Source of the DNA: the human T2T-CHM13v2.0 reference genome, Homo sapiens
NCBI RefSeq assembly: GCF_009914755.1
Contig: NC_060938.1
DNA: 64,000 nucleotides
Strand: one strand, 5' to 3'
Shown here: positions 1 to 14,029 of the stretch, piece by piece
Position numbering within the stretch: the stretch's first letter is position 1
Layout of the letters: each line of letters starts with the position of its first letter
The notes under the pieces: model-generated
What the model saw: the letters and a program-made list of their open reading frames with translations, nothing else
Database searches by the model: none
What the model was told of the DNA's origin: nothing
Made by a program: the position numbers and the translations under genes

Positions 1-524
1 AGAATCTAAACTACTTCTCCCTGGCAAATAAATGGTCAAAAGCCATAAATAAACATGTCATAGATTGAGATACATGGAGAAGAAATGAATATTTGAAAAG
101 ATGATCAATCCTTTTAACAATTAGGAGAATGAACATTAAAAACCACAAACACCTTTTTAAACTCCCCAGGATAAGAAAAAATTAAAAGCGTGGCAAGAAG
201 TATTGACAAGAATGCAGATAACAAGAAAGTTTATAAACTGCCAGTGGAAGTGAAAGTCAGTACAATCACCACTTTCATAAATAATTTGTAATTACCTTGT
301 AAGTTTGAATATGTAACCACCCCAACCCCTCCACAACACATCAATTCTACACCAATAAAGCAAGAAATCCCAGGCATATAGACACCGACGTCATATGTGA
401 GAATTTAATGGCAACATCGTTTGAAAGAAAAATAACAACTACAAAAATGAAAACAAGTCAATGTCCGTGGTCTTGAGCCTAGCTACATTAATCAAAGGTT
501 ATTCATACAAAAGAATGTTATGTT

Positions 525-657
525 CCCCGGCATGGTGGCTCATGCCTGTAATCCCAGCATTTAGGAAGGCAGAGGCAGGAGGATAGCTAGAGCCCAGGAG
601 TTTAAGACTTCTCTGGGCAATATAGTGAGACTCTGTTCGCCACAAAAAGACAAAAAA
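525..657 (+). mobile_element. Free left Alu monomer (FLAM/AluJ-like)
   Basis: ggcatggtggctcatgcctgtaatcccagc...gagcccaggagttt...A-rich end; single arm only. Confidence 0.85.
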
Positions 658-691
658 TGATTATTATGTAGCCTTACAAATGGGCAAACTA

Positions 692-1138
<447 letters not shown>

Positions 1139-1399
1139 TTAATTATTTGAAATTGATGTTTTTGTAGGTGAAAAAGATGAGTATTGACAATTTATTATGG
1201 TTCAATATCACAAATAAATGTGGTAAAATTATTTAAAAAGTCAATGAAGTGATTAATAACAACATTTAGTATTTAGTCATATACCTGATATGGTTAAGTT
1301 GATGAAGCAATCAATAAAATACAATTCTCAAAATCTATTCACATGCAGCATTCATTTTAATAGAGAAACCATAAGCAAATTAATGTCTTGTGATCAATA

Positions 1400-2510
1400 A
1401 CCTATGGAAAAACAGAAGTGAGGTAGATAAGGAATATTTGATGGTCTTGGAGAAGGTGAGGTAGCTATTTGATAAACAGGTCACAGAAGTTCTCTCTGCT
1501 CAGGTAAAATATAAGAAGAAATCTGATGGAAAAAAAGAAGGGAGCCCATGACTCTCTCACTGTCCAGTGTTATTGGCATAAGGAAAGGCAAGGGCAAATG
1601 CTTTTAAAAGGGGTGCACGTGGATCATTGCAGGAATGGCAAAAATGCCTATATACCTACGGAGCAGAGTAGGTTGGTAGCAGGGTAGGGAAAGTGATAGA
1701 AATGAGGTTAGAGAAGAAGTCAGGAGTAAGATCATGTAGGGCCCTATAGGTCATCTTGTCATTTAGTCTGAGTTAGATGGAAAGTTGCTGGTGAGTTTTG
1801 AGTAGAGAAATGATGTTATCAGTTTTACATTTTATGAGGATCACTCAGGATACAATATGGAGATGAGATTGCAGGAGAAAAAGATAGGTAGATAAAAAAC
1901 CAATTAGGAAACAACTGCAATAATCCAGGCAAGAAAAAATAATGGCATGGAATTAAGGTAGTAGCTCTGGAAGTAGTGAGAATTGATTTGGGATCTAATT
2001 TTGAAGGTAAAATTGGAAAATTTCCTGATAAATTGAATGAAGATTGTGAGAAAAAGAGAAGAGTCAAAGGTGACTCCAAGCTGTTTGGCCTAAGCATCTG
2101 GAACACTAGGGGGCAAAGTGAAAGGTGGAAGTTGGGCAGTGGTGAATAAAAATAAGATTTTGGGTTTGGTTATACGAACTTTGAATCAGCTATCAGCCAT
2201 TTCCATGGATAAGTAAGTAGGAAATTGGATGCAGAAGTATAGTGTTAAAAATTATTGACTGGCAATTCAAATATGGAAATCTTCAATATAATGATGATTT
2301 TTTAAATGCTAAGGGTGGGTTAGACCATTTAGTAAGTGATTGCAGACAGAGAAGAAAGGACTGAGGACTAAGACTCATGACACTTCAGTGCTTAGTGGTC
2401 TGGAAGAGAAGCAGCAGCCAGTAAGGTTTAGAAGGAGCAGCACTAAGGTAAAAAGAAGCCAAGAAAAAGTGGTGCTCCTGAAGCTAAGTGATACAAAATT
2501 TCAAGAAAGA
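1400..2510 (-). mobile_element. L2 LINE fragment
   Basis: Purine-rich antisense L2 motifs (agatcatgtagggccctatagg, ggtgactccaagctgtttggcctaagc). Confidence 0.7.
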
Positions 2511-3814
2511 GGGACATACCTCTGGTGGGGAAGGTGGTTATGGGATCACAAGATCATGAGGAGTAGCTTTATTGATATTGGTGCTGTTTTATTTGATAGT
2601 CTGGGTGGTTTTGAATGGTAATCAATTTATTATTTATTATGGCATATATTCTTATTTTGTTATGTAGTAAATATTACACAATCGAAAATGAAAATAAGTT
2701 AAAAATTCATTGCCAAAGAAAAACATCATAGCATAGAAGAAAAAAGAGAAATTATTTTCATGTGTGTTTATAGAAAATAATTCACCAATGAAGGAAATGG
2801 AAAAAAGAAGAAACATACGTTGTAAAATGTAAAATGAGGGAGGAGACATGCAGTTCTCTTGTTAACAGTTCCCTTGTTTACAGCTCTAGAAGCTGTGTAA
2901 CAGACATGCTACCAAATATTTATTACTACTACTTAACCCAAGAGAAATTGGTAATTTGTGAACAGTGTACATTTGGCAAAAAGTTACATATTGTATCTTT
3001 TGGAAAATCGTATGTTAAGCCATATATAAATAACTAAATTTTCTAGAATTTTTGTTGTGAAACATGCTGAAAATATTTACAACAAAAGCTGCTATGTTAA
3101 TAGGAAAACAACAATAAAAAAGAAGCCCTTCAGGTATATTCATTTATCTTATAAATGCGCTATAGGAAAAAATATATAATTTCCTCTTTAAAAAAGTCAT
3201 TTTGAAAACTTTCCACCTTCAGAAAGAATAATTCATTAGAAACATTTCCAAAGTTGTGTTTTCCTTTGTATTAACATAGCAAGAGTCTATAAAAATTTAT
3301 CTTGTGCCTTGAAAACTGCTTTCACAATGAGAGAACGAACTAGACTTCTAGATATTATTTCTACGCCTGAGTCCATATTTAAAAATGATAAGAATCGGTT
3401 ATTTTTCCTGACGCATACTTGGAAAAAGGGTCATGACAGGGAGTAAGGGAGAGAGAAGGGAGAGCATCAAAGGTATATGTCACATGGCAAGCAGCTCAAC
3501 AATAAGACTGTTTACTCATTCATTACCGAAGATAAAATCATAGTAGCAGCCAGCAGAAACTCTATACTTCTTTCTCCATCTTCTTCTTCTCTCTCTCTCT
3601 GAACTATAGCTTTTTCTATTTTTCTTCTTAAAAAAATATAACAAAGCTGCCTTACTAGTGATGTAGAATTGATCTCCATGTAATGTTAGAGATTGTTTTC
3701 TCAAGTTCTATTTAAATGTATGCCAAGGGAATCATTGCAGAAGAAAGCAGGGAAGTTTCCTGCAGCATGTATTGCTAGCTACCAGCCGAGTGCAGGAGGT
3801 AGAGTGAGACTCAC

Positions 3815-3841
3815 CTTTTGAAATAATTTTCTTTATTAAAA
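3815..3841 (-). other. Candidate 27-nt microexon
   Basis: Minus strand: tctcttttccatctctagCAG|TTTTAATAAAGAAAATTATTTCAAAAG|GTGAGT, in non-repeat sequence. Confidence 0.4.
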
Positions 3842-4774
3842 CTGCTAGAGATGGAAAAGAGACATTTACTAACACCTGTAGATATTATATTAGCCTGGTT
3901 ATATATACCTCAATCTGCAAGAACAATTCTTTGGATCATTTCAAAACCTATGTTGATTTAGTTATATAAAATGTCAGACTAATAATTTAACGTCACTATG
4001 GCAAAAAAAGTTCTTTAGTTTTTTTGAGTCACATTAGTAACCCATAAAAGGTTATGAAGTATTATAAAATATTGTAATGAAGCAACTCTTTTTTGCCCAG
4101 TGACATATATGCTTACAATTGGAAAACATTATTACTTAGTTAAGTTTCTCCCACTCTTCTGTTTAAATGTCTCATTTCCCATGGAGACTTTAATAATACA
4201 TATTATGGGGCAAAGTTATTTTTGTCATAAATGAGTATTTTTCTATCTATGCTTCGATTATATCAAGATTAAGCATTTCTATCTTTTTAAAATAATTTAT
4301 CCAGTACCACGTAGCCATCAATTTTTCAACTAAAATGTCATTTTCTAAATTGACTTCTTTCTTTAGCATTCATGATTGTTTAGAGAAATAAAACATTATT
4401 ATTATTATTTTTATCTGAGACCAGGTATTACATCACTAATTATTATATACATTTATAAAGCAGCCTGCCTACACCTATCCAGAAGATTACAGCCTCAAAA
4501 GTTTATACAAATGTAGCTGAATACAAGTGAAACTGATAGACAAGTGAATAAATATAAATGTGGCTTGTTTTACCATCTTAGGCAAGAGTGTTAACACCCT
4601 GGGAGGAAATGCTGATAAATGAATTAACTCAGGCCCTATTTGCAATTCTATAGTGAACATTTGTCATGTGATTGTCTTCTGAAAGATTAATATCTGCTGG
4701 TGAATTTTAAGGAGCTTGAATTTTTTAAGTATTCTAGGACAGATATAATTAAATATGTTATAATCATTTGTTTA

Positions 4775-4870
4775 GTGCTTGCCTGCCAGACAACAGGAGA
4801 AATGAAATGCCTGCTTTTGTCACTCCTGAGCACTCAACACATAGTGTTGAATGAATGAATAAATAAATAA
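4775..4870 (+). mobile_element. L2 3' tail
   Basis: ...cactcaacacatagtgttgaatgaatgaat terminal repeat. Confidence 0.5.
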
Positions 4871-5230
4871 TTGAATTATTGTGTATAATAATGTCTGGTT
4901 TAAGTCAACATTTCCACCACTGATAATATAGTATTCAATATCAAGAGCTTCTTCTACAGAATAGAATGATACACAACTTTAAGTCACATATTTGTTTTAT
5001 AAGAGGATTCAATCAGGTAATTCAGAATATGTTTATATAATTTTTTAAATTATCCTCAAAATTAAAACATGAAAGCAAAGCCATTTGAGGGAAAACTTGA
5101 AGATCCCCAAAGAATACAAGTATAGACTCTCAGAAGTCAGATAACTACAATGTAAAATACACAAGAAAAGATATAGTTCACAGCTACCATTATTGAAATT
5201 GAAGGCAATAATAAGCCAGTAAGGGCTTCT

Positions 5231-5393
5231 TTCTTCAAAAAATTAAAAGCAGAACCACCATGTGATCCAGTGATCCTACTTCAGGGTATATACACAGTAG
5301 AAATGAAATCAGTATCTCAAAGAGATAGCTGAGTTCCCATGTTCATTGCAACATTTTTTTACAATAACCAAGGTTTGAAAACAACTTAAGTGT
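5231..5393 (+). mobile_element. Short L1 fragment (end of ORF2), out of order relative to the adjacent L1
   Basis: Homologous to 6753-6910 (gatccagtgatcc...ttcattgca...aacaacttaagt). Confidence 0.8.
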
Positions 5394-5479
5394 ACCGAAA
5401 GAAAGAATGATATTAAAACAAGCTTACTTTTATCAGAAAAAAATGATTCTTATTTTAATGCAGATGCATGTCCTTTCAC

Positions 5480-7285
5480 CATAAAACTGTTTGAACTAAT
5501 AAGTTTCAGTAAAGTTGGAGAATACAAAATCAACTTACAAAAATCAGTAACATTTCTACATACTAACAACTATATGAAAAAGAAATTAGGAAAACAATCC
5601 TATTTCCATTAGGATAATAAATGAAATACTCAGGAGTAAATTTAGTCAAGGAAATTAAAGCTCTGCAAACTAAAAACTATAAAACATTGATGAAAGAAAT
5701 TGAAAATTACACAAATAAATGGAAATATATGCTGTGTTCATTGATTAGAAGAATTAATATTGCTAAAATGTTCATCCTACTACAGATTCAATGCAATTCC
5801 TGTCAAAATTCAATGTTATTCTTCAGAGAAAATTTTTGTAATCCTAAAATTTATACAAATCAATAAAAGACCTTGAATAGCCAAAGCAATCTAGATCAAA
5901 AAGAACAAAGCTGGAGTCATCACACTGCCAGATTTCAACATCTATTACAAAGCTATAGCAATCAAAACAGCATGATTCTGGCATAACGATAGACACATTA
6001 GCCAATGGAGTAAAACCAAGAGCCCAGAAATAATACACACATCTTCTGTCAACTGATTTTTGGCAAAGGTGTCAAGAACACACAATAGATAAAAACCAGT
6101 ATCTTCCATAAATAGTGTTGGGAAAATTGGATATTACAGGTAGAATAAAAATGAATGCTTATCTTACCCCGATAGAATAATCAACTCAAAATGGATTAAA
6201 TACTTTAATATAAGAGCTGAAACTGTAAAACTACTAGAAGAAAACAAAAGGGAAATATTGGTCTTGCCGGTGATTTCTTGGATAAAATCCCCAAAACACA
6301 GGCAACAAAAGCAAAAATAGACGAATGGGATTACATCAAACTGAAAAGCTTCTGCACAGCAAAGGAAACAATCAAGAGTGAAGAGAGCACACAGATTGAG
6401 AGAAAATATTTGCAAATTATACACTGGATAAAGGATCAATATCCAAAATATACAAAGAACTATTCAATAATAAGAAAACAACCTTATTTAAAAATGGGCA
6501 AAGGACTTGAATAGGCTTTTCTCAAAAGAAGACACACAAATAGGCAACAGATATATGAAGAAATGTTCAGCATCCCTAACCATCAGAAAAATGCAAATTA
6601 AAACTCTATGAGATGTAACTTCACACCTGTAAGATTGGCTACTAGCAAAAAAAGAAAGACAAGTGTTGACAAGGATGTGTAGAAAGGGAAGCCTTATACA
6701 CTGTTGGTATTATTTTGAATTAGTATAGCTATTTTGGAAAGTTGTATGAAGATTCTTCAAAAATCTAAAAAGAACTACCATATGATCCAGTGATCCACTT
6801 CTGCATATATGCCCAAAGGAATTGAAATCAGTATTTGGAAGAGATACCTGCACTCTTATATTCATTGCAGCGTTATTCACAATAGCCAAGATATAAAAAC
6901 AACTTAAGTAACCATCAAGAAATGAATAAAGAAAAACATGGTATGTATACACAATACAATATTATTCAGCCTTAAAAAACAGAAAATTCTGTCATTTGCC
7001 ATTTGCCATTTGCCATTGGTGAACCTAGAGAATGAAATAAGCCAGCACAAAGAGACAAATACCATATGTGGTATTTGTCATACCACATATTTCACGTACT
7101 TATATGTGAAATCTAAAAAAGTCAACTCATAGAAATAGAGAGTATAATGGTGGTTACCAGAAGTTGTGACGGAGGAAGGACAGACAGGGAAAAGGGCAAC
7201 ACTGGTCAATAGGTACAAAGTTTCAGTTAGGATAAATAAGTTCTGGTGCTCTATTGCACTCACTGTGACTATAAGCTAAAACAAC
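5480..7285 (+). mobile_element. L1MA-type LINE, 3' part of ORF2 plus 3'UTR
   Basis: Degenerate ORF2 peptides ([22 protein letters not shown]) followed by an L1MA-like 3'UTR. Confidence 0.9.
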
Positions 7286-8591
7286 AGGACTTGCTATTGG
7301 TTTGGAGGTAAAGATCAAGGAAAGAGTGAGGACAAGCCTGACTTCTTGATTTTTGTCTTGATAAACTGGGTGAATTGTGATAGAAAAAAAAGTGGAAACC
7401 AGCTTTGAAAGACATTGGATATCAAGAGTTTTATTTAGATATCTAAATGAGGGATAACTATTAGACATTGAAGAGGCACTGGCAGATGGACACTTAAATT
7501 AACATGTATGTAGAAATGTCAATATAACAAAGAGCTGTTTTGTAAGATAGTTTTACTGTTTTTTCCATTGAGTGTGAAGTAAGCATTTGACTTTTTTTTA
7601 AATGAACATTTGATGTGCTATTTGAATATGATTGCTTCAGTTACGTTCAACTTTCTATTGGTGTGTTTGACAAGACAAGGATAATTTTGACAATTTATTT
7701 TACAATAAGTTATGAGATGGATAAATTCTTTCAAATTTGATTGATCTATCAGGAAACAAAAGGCTTATACTTTTTTTCATCTCAGTGGTAATTACTGCTA
7801 ATTTGTACTTTTATATTGCTAAAAAGATCTTATATTTAATTCTAGATAATTCAACTCAATAATACATACATATATGTTCTATCAGTATATAGCAAGAATA
7901 TGCAAAATTAAAAATTAGACGATACTTTTTTAATTAAATTAATTATAAAATAAATAATTGCATTCTATCACAGAAACAATAAATAGTCAGATATTTTGAG
8001 AACTGTAAACAGAGATCTAAATTTTTTAGTTTAACTAATTGTGAGAAATTTTTCATTGCTAATTATACTTAACAACTATTATTAACTTTAAGAATAAGAC
8101 AAATCTAATGTTTATTGGGTGTCTACAGTGCTCCAGGTACTATTAATACTAAGTGGACATAAGGCACAATTCTTTCATGCTATAATGGATTTCAGTTGAA
8201 TAGGAAGATATACATTGACAAATAACCCCATAAATAATTATTTTTCATTGTAATTAAAATCTTTCTATGGCAGAAAAATACAGAATGCTAATCCAGTTTT
8301 GGAGGTAGAGAGTGTGTGATTTCTCTTCCCCTTTCCTTTAACAGCTGGGATTTTAGCAATGAATAAGGGTTAGAGGTGGTATGAGTAAGTCTCCCTGTCC
8401 AAATTATACATGGCCTTGTGGGATATTTGTTTCTGCTCCTGTTACTTTCTTTGAAAAAAAAAATAATAAAAGAAAGATAGAAAGAGATTCTATCTTAAGC
8501 CCTCATTCCTCCACGGAAAGCAATAATTCAAAGAATATTAAATAACAGAATAGGACAGAAAGCTAAAGATCTTCCTCAGAAAGTTTTAACT

Positions 8592-8985
8592 GTATTAGTT
8601 TCCTGCAGTTGTCCTCACAAAAGTACCATAAACTAACTGGTTTAAACAACAGAAATTTATTGTCTTACAGTTCTGGAGGCTAGAAGTTCAAGATCAAGGT
8701 GTGAGAGGGTTTGTTCCTTCTGAAAGCCATGAAAGATAATATGTTTCTGTCTCTCTTCTAGCTACTGGTGGTTTACTAGCAATCTTTATCATTTCCTAAC
8801 TTTTGCTGCATCATCCTGATTTTGGCCTTCATCTTTACATGGCATTCTCCTGTGTCTGTGTTCAAATTTCCCCTTTTTATAACAACAGTCATGTTGGATT
8901 AGAGGCCCATCCTATTCCAGTATGACCTCATCTCAACTTATTACATCTGCAACATTATTTTCAATAAGGTCACACTCTGAGGTAC
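8592..8985 (-). mobile_element. MLT1 (MaLR) solo LTR, MLT1B/C-like
   Basis: Begins tgtattagtttcct; contains acagttctggaggctagaagttcaagatcaagg and ataaggtcacactctgaggtac. Confidence 0.85.
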
Positions 8986-9299
8986 CCTCTCTGTGTTTTC
9001 TTCCGTAAGCTATCACCCCTTGGATTTTGACACCACTAGATACTTAATTCTTGCTAAAGTCTGAGCCCATTTCAACTACAGACCCTTTCACCAGTATGCT
9101 AGGCCTATAAAGTCACTAAAAGTATTTTTTGTAGATTCCTCCAAATTCTTTGTCAATCCATCACTCAAGGCCTCTCTGGGTAGATAGGTGGGATACAGGG
9201 TGGAATTAATCCAGATTTATTCTAAGTATTACTCAAAGTATTTTTATTCCTTCCCTGTCAATAGGGATCACCAAATCAAATTTAAATGAGTGCAGTGGA

Positions 9300-9580
9300 C
9301 TAGAATAGGGTCTCTATAGAGAGTGATGGGCCTATAGCAATTTGAAGCACACCTGTTTCATCTTAAGCAGACAACAGCAAATTGCTGCCACACAGGAATA
9401 TGAGCTCAGTGTTGCCAAGTCTTAATAAAAGAGGGTGAAAATAAAAGTTTTAATGTAAGCTTGTTGGCACATAAATCAACTGCTTTAAAAACACTGCAGA
9501 GGCCAAAATTATGAGGGCCAAATAAAACATGTCAATAGGCCAGATCCAGACTGCAGGCTGCCAGATTGCAACCTCTGTTC
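9300..9580. mobile_element. Possible hAT-Charlie (MER) DNA transposon remnant
   Basis: Terminal-like ggccagatccagactgcaggctgccagattgcaacctctg. Confidence 0.4.
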
Positions 9581-10719
9581 TGCATGATGTGCAGGGATTA
9601 CTAGCCAATTCATGTGTTTCTATGGGCCAAATATGAATAGGGGTTTCTAATCATTCGACCCAGAAACCATTGGAATCACAGCTGTAGCTCGCACTAATCC
9701 ATTAAATTCAGAATCTCAAAAAAGTGTGGCCGTATCAATAAATAAAGCGTAATTACAATTTTGTTATATCTTCCTTTCTTATACCCTCTAAATCAGTTTC
9801 CTCAATCTTTTTCTGATTTTTGATTAATCAAATTGGCAAATTCTTGAAATTTACCTGTTTATAAACTTCATTCCCTCCTCTGGCTGCACTTTAATGTCCT
9901 GGCAATACAGAGTTTGGATTCTGCCCACTAACAAGCAACAGCATGGGCATGAAGGAAAATGCTAGCTTTCTTGTGGTAGCGAGGGAGAGTTTTCTCTAGC
10001 AAACAACATGCCAACAGGGAGTTTCAGATGACTTCCTATCTGGCAGCCTCCATGTCCAGGTTCTCTATACCCTTCCAGACATTTTTTTTCAAATTGTTTC
10101 TATCAGTTATTGGTTAGTTTCCTAACCTTCACACAATTAACCTGATGAGGTTATGAATTCAATTGATATGATAATTTAGCAATATGCACAATCAATAACT
10201 AACTAGTGACTTCAGCAGTTCTGCTAGAAAAAGAAAAATGCCTTTCAGCAGAATCAGAAAGTCCCTGGGTTTCATTCCATGATACAAAGTGACTAATTTT
10301 GAGCTTATTATCCTCTTACTTTCAATTGTCCAATACTATCAGAAGCAATCGCCATACACAGGGGCCCTGGAATTCACATTCTATGGCAGCAGCTGCTTAG
10401 ATTCTAGGGCTTCATCCTCACGGGTCCAGGTTACATTTCGCCTAATGGAGTGTTAGTTTCCCTTCCTAGTATATAAATTGGGATCTCATTGTCTCAGAAT
10501 GATAACCAAGTCTCATTTCCAAGATAAAATTGCAGCCAGCTAATTCACCCTTGGAAAGCAATTTTTGTATTTGTTAGGCTTCCTTGGTTGCAAGCAACAG
10601 TAGCCAAATTAGTTTAATGCTGATAGAGACAAAAGAATTTTAGATGGATGTTAGTTTTGAAAGTATAACTCAAGTGATCAAAAAATGTAAACACCTTTAT
10701 TTTGCTAAATTTAACTTTA

Positions 10720-12350
10720 ACAAAGAATTTTTATCTAAGATCTCCAAAGCACAGGCAACAAAAACAAAAATTTAAAAAATGAGATTATATCAAGCTAAAA
10801 ACTTTTTTGCACAGAAAATGAAATACTCAACAAAATGAAGAGACAATCTACAGATGGGATAAAATATTTGCAAACTATCAATGTAACAATGATTAAAACA
10901 AAAATAATCTAATTTAAAATGGGCAAAAGATCTGAATAGACATCTCTCAAAAAAAGACATACAAATGGCAAACAGGTTTATGGAAAATGTTCAACATCAC
11001 TAATCATAAGGAAAATACAAATAAACACCACAATGAGATATCATTTCATCCCTGTCATCTCATCTCAGTTAGAATGCCTACTATCAAAAAGACAAAAACA
11101 TAACAAATGCTGATGAGGATGCAGAGAAAGGGGAATCCTCATACACTGTTGGTAGGAATATAAAGTAGTACAGCCATTATGAAAAACAATATGGAGTTTT
11201 CTCAAAAACTACAAATAGAACTACACTATGATATAGCAATCCCACATCTGGCTATATATTCAAGAGAAATAAAATCAATGTATAGAAGAGATATTTGCAC
11301 TCCCTTGTTTACTGTAGCACTATACACAATAGCCAAGATATAGAATCAATGGATGAATGAATAAAGAAAATGTAGCACATATACACAGTGGAATACTATT
11401 CAGCCATAAAAAATGAAATTTTGTCATTCACAGGAACATGGATGGAACTAGCAGACACCATGTCAAGTGAAATAAGCCAATAACAATATGCTAAACATTG
11501 CATTTCCTCAAGTTTTAAAAAGAAGATCTCATAGGAATTAAAAGTAAAACACAGGATACTAGAGGATGGGAAATGTAAGGAGAAGAAGAGGATAAGGAGA
11601 GATTTGTCATAAAATACAAAATTACAGCTAAAAATGAAACTGGCCTAACTGTCCCACAGAACTGATGTTTACTGTATTTTTTCTTTAGGATAAATACAGA
11701 AATTGACCCTCCAGGTCTCAAAGCTTGAAACTTCCTTTTGTCTTATCTGAGTTCCTTCCTCAGGAAAACACCCGCAGGCCTCCCAGATAGTATCAAGAAA
11801 CTGAAACTCACCAGATCACTGCATCCAGTGAGATGCCAGACACCTTATCCATCATGATTCCTGTTTACCAACTCCTCTTTATCCTTCTTTAATTCCTGTT
11901 TTCCAACACATGGTTACATTTCTTCCCTACCATATAAACCCCTAATTTAGCCAGTGGAGGAGACAGATTTGAGACTGATCTTCTGTTCTTCTCAGCTTCT
12001 GCATCCAAATAAAGCCCTTTCCCTGCCAATATTTGTTTCAGTGATTGGCTTTCTGTGCAGTGAGCATCAAGATCTAGACCAAACCTCTGACATTTTGGTA
12101 ACATACAGAATGAACAGATTCTAGTGTCTCTATCACTCTAGTATGACTATAGTTAACAACAATATAGTTTCAAATAGCTAGGAGCATACTAAATGTAACT
12201 GATACAAAAATATGATAAATGTTTGAGATGATGAATATGCTAATTACCCTGATCTGATTTCTATACCTCATATTTATTGAAACATCACAGTGTACCCCAC
12301 AAATATGTATAATTTTTACATGCCATTTTTAAAAATAAGATTAAAAATAG
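10720..12350 (+). mobile_element. L1MA-type 3' end, interrupted by an LTR
   Basis: L1 ORF2 end and 3'UTR motifs; A-rich end near 12330-12348. Confidence 0.9.
11635..12103 (+). mobile_element. ERV1-class solo LTR (LTR47-like, tentative)
   Basis: TG...CA termini (tgaaactggcctaactgtccc...ttggtaaca), TATA-like tataaa and AATAAA; nested in an L1 3'UTR. Confidence 0.75.
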
Positions 12351-12439
12351 TCATTTTTAAAAGGGCTTATTTTAATACCTAGTCCATATGATTATGAGTT
12401 GATGTTTATGTAAATATCTTGCAAATTCTAACGTAGTAT

Positions 12440-13615
12440 GTAAATAAAAAAAGAAACTGGACTATGTAAACAATGGAAGATTATACAGCTGATGCAGGAC
12501 TTGTCTTCTCGATCACTTTGCACGCCAGGGACCCCCGGTGGCAATGCTCCACCCGGGCCTCATTCAGCCACACTGGTGTGCCCCAGCTGGCCTGTGTTAT
12601 AGCTGGTACCCATGTTCGGCAGTTCCCAAGCTCTTGTACTGCGCCCATGAAAAATGACGATATGCTGGACATTGAAGTATGAGGAGGGTGGAGAGGAATT
12701 TTATTGAGCAACGGAACAGCTCTCTGCAGAGAGGGGACAAAGAGGGTGGTTTCCCTATCCAAAGGTGGGAAAGTCCCCTATTTGGTTGGGTCCTGGGCCT
12801 TTTATGGACTCAGAATGGGGAGTGTATGCTGATTGGTTTGTGAGTATGCAAGAAAGGCTAAAGCACAGACAAAGGTGAGCATGACAGTATAGAAAAACCA
12901 ATTAGGGAAGAGTAGGTGTATGTAAAATAGGTGAAGGGTGGGGACCAATTAGAGAAAGTGCACCAAACGGGAAGACAAGTCCTCAATCCGGTCCGAGAAT
13001 TTACCTTGTAGCTTAGCTTTCAGTCTTTAAACTGTCTTCAGCTTGGAGGTGGGGTTTCACCGGGGACCCACCCCTATCTGCCTAGGCATTTGGCTGCCTC
13101 CTGCTACTCTCACAGCCATGAAAAAGGATAAAATCCTGTCACTTGCAGCCACATGGATGGAAATGGAGGTCATTATGTTAAGTGAAATAAGCCCATCACG
13201 GAAAGACAAATATCTCATGTTTTCATTCATATGTAGGAGCTAAATAAGTGGATCTCCACTTAGAAAGGAATGTTGGTTTTACCATAGGCTTGGAAGGGAA
13301 GGACAAAGCGGGGATGAAGCAAAATTGGTTAAGGGGTACAAAAACACAGTTACATGGAAGGAATAAGTTCCAATATTCAATAGTACAGTAGGAAAATTAT
13401 AGTTCATAATAATGTATATTTTAAAGTAGCTAGAAGAGAAAAATTATAAGACAACACAACAGAAAGAAATGATAAACACTTGAGTGATAGATATTGCAAT
13501 TACTCAAACTTGGTCATACCACATTGTATACAGGTATCAAAATATCACATGTACCCTGAAAATATGTACAAATATTCTACATCAATAAAAAATAAATAAA
13601 AAGTTAAATTAAAAA
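12440..13615 (+). mobile_element. Second L1MA 3' end, interrupted by an LTR
   Basis: aaatcctgtcacttgcagccacatggatgg...aaatatcacatgtaccc...A-rich tail. Confidence 0.85.
12490..13112 (-). mobile_element. ERV1 solo LTR (LTR27/28-like)
   Basis: TG...CA termini; 4-bp TSD CAGC (12486-12489, 13113-13116); homologous to 52527-53124 in the opposite orientation. Confidence 0.85.
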
Positions 13616-14029
13616 GTTATCTTCTTTGTTAAGTAGTCAGTACAATTCAAAGGACTCTTCCTGTGTCTTTCTGCTGTTCTCCAGGCTTGAAACATTGTAA
13701 CTTCAGGGCAGGGTGTATAAACATGTGATTGTCCTCAGATTTTCAGTGGCCTCCAATTACGATGTAGCTTGTTCTGCCTGGTTTTAAGTTGCTTGTGGTG
13801 GCAGTCACTTGTTGATATCCATAGTACCTGCCAAGCTCTAATTTGTGATATTTATATATTATGGTCATTCAACTTCAAATCCCAGTTTCTTCTTGTCTAA
13901 ATTCTGCAGATGTTCAAAGGAATAGATCCCTTACTAATTCTAACTTTCTGTCACATCACCTCAGAATCTTCTTGTAAGGTGTCACTTCTAATTTCAGCCA
14001 TCAGTGGAGTAGACAGTTTCATGTGGGCT

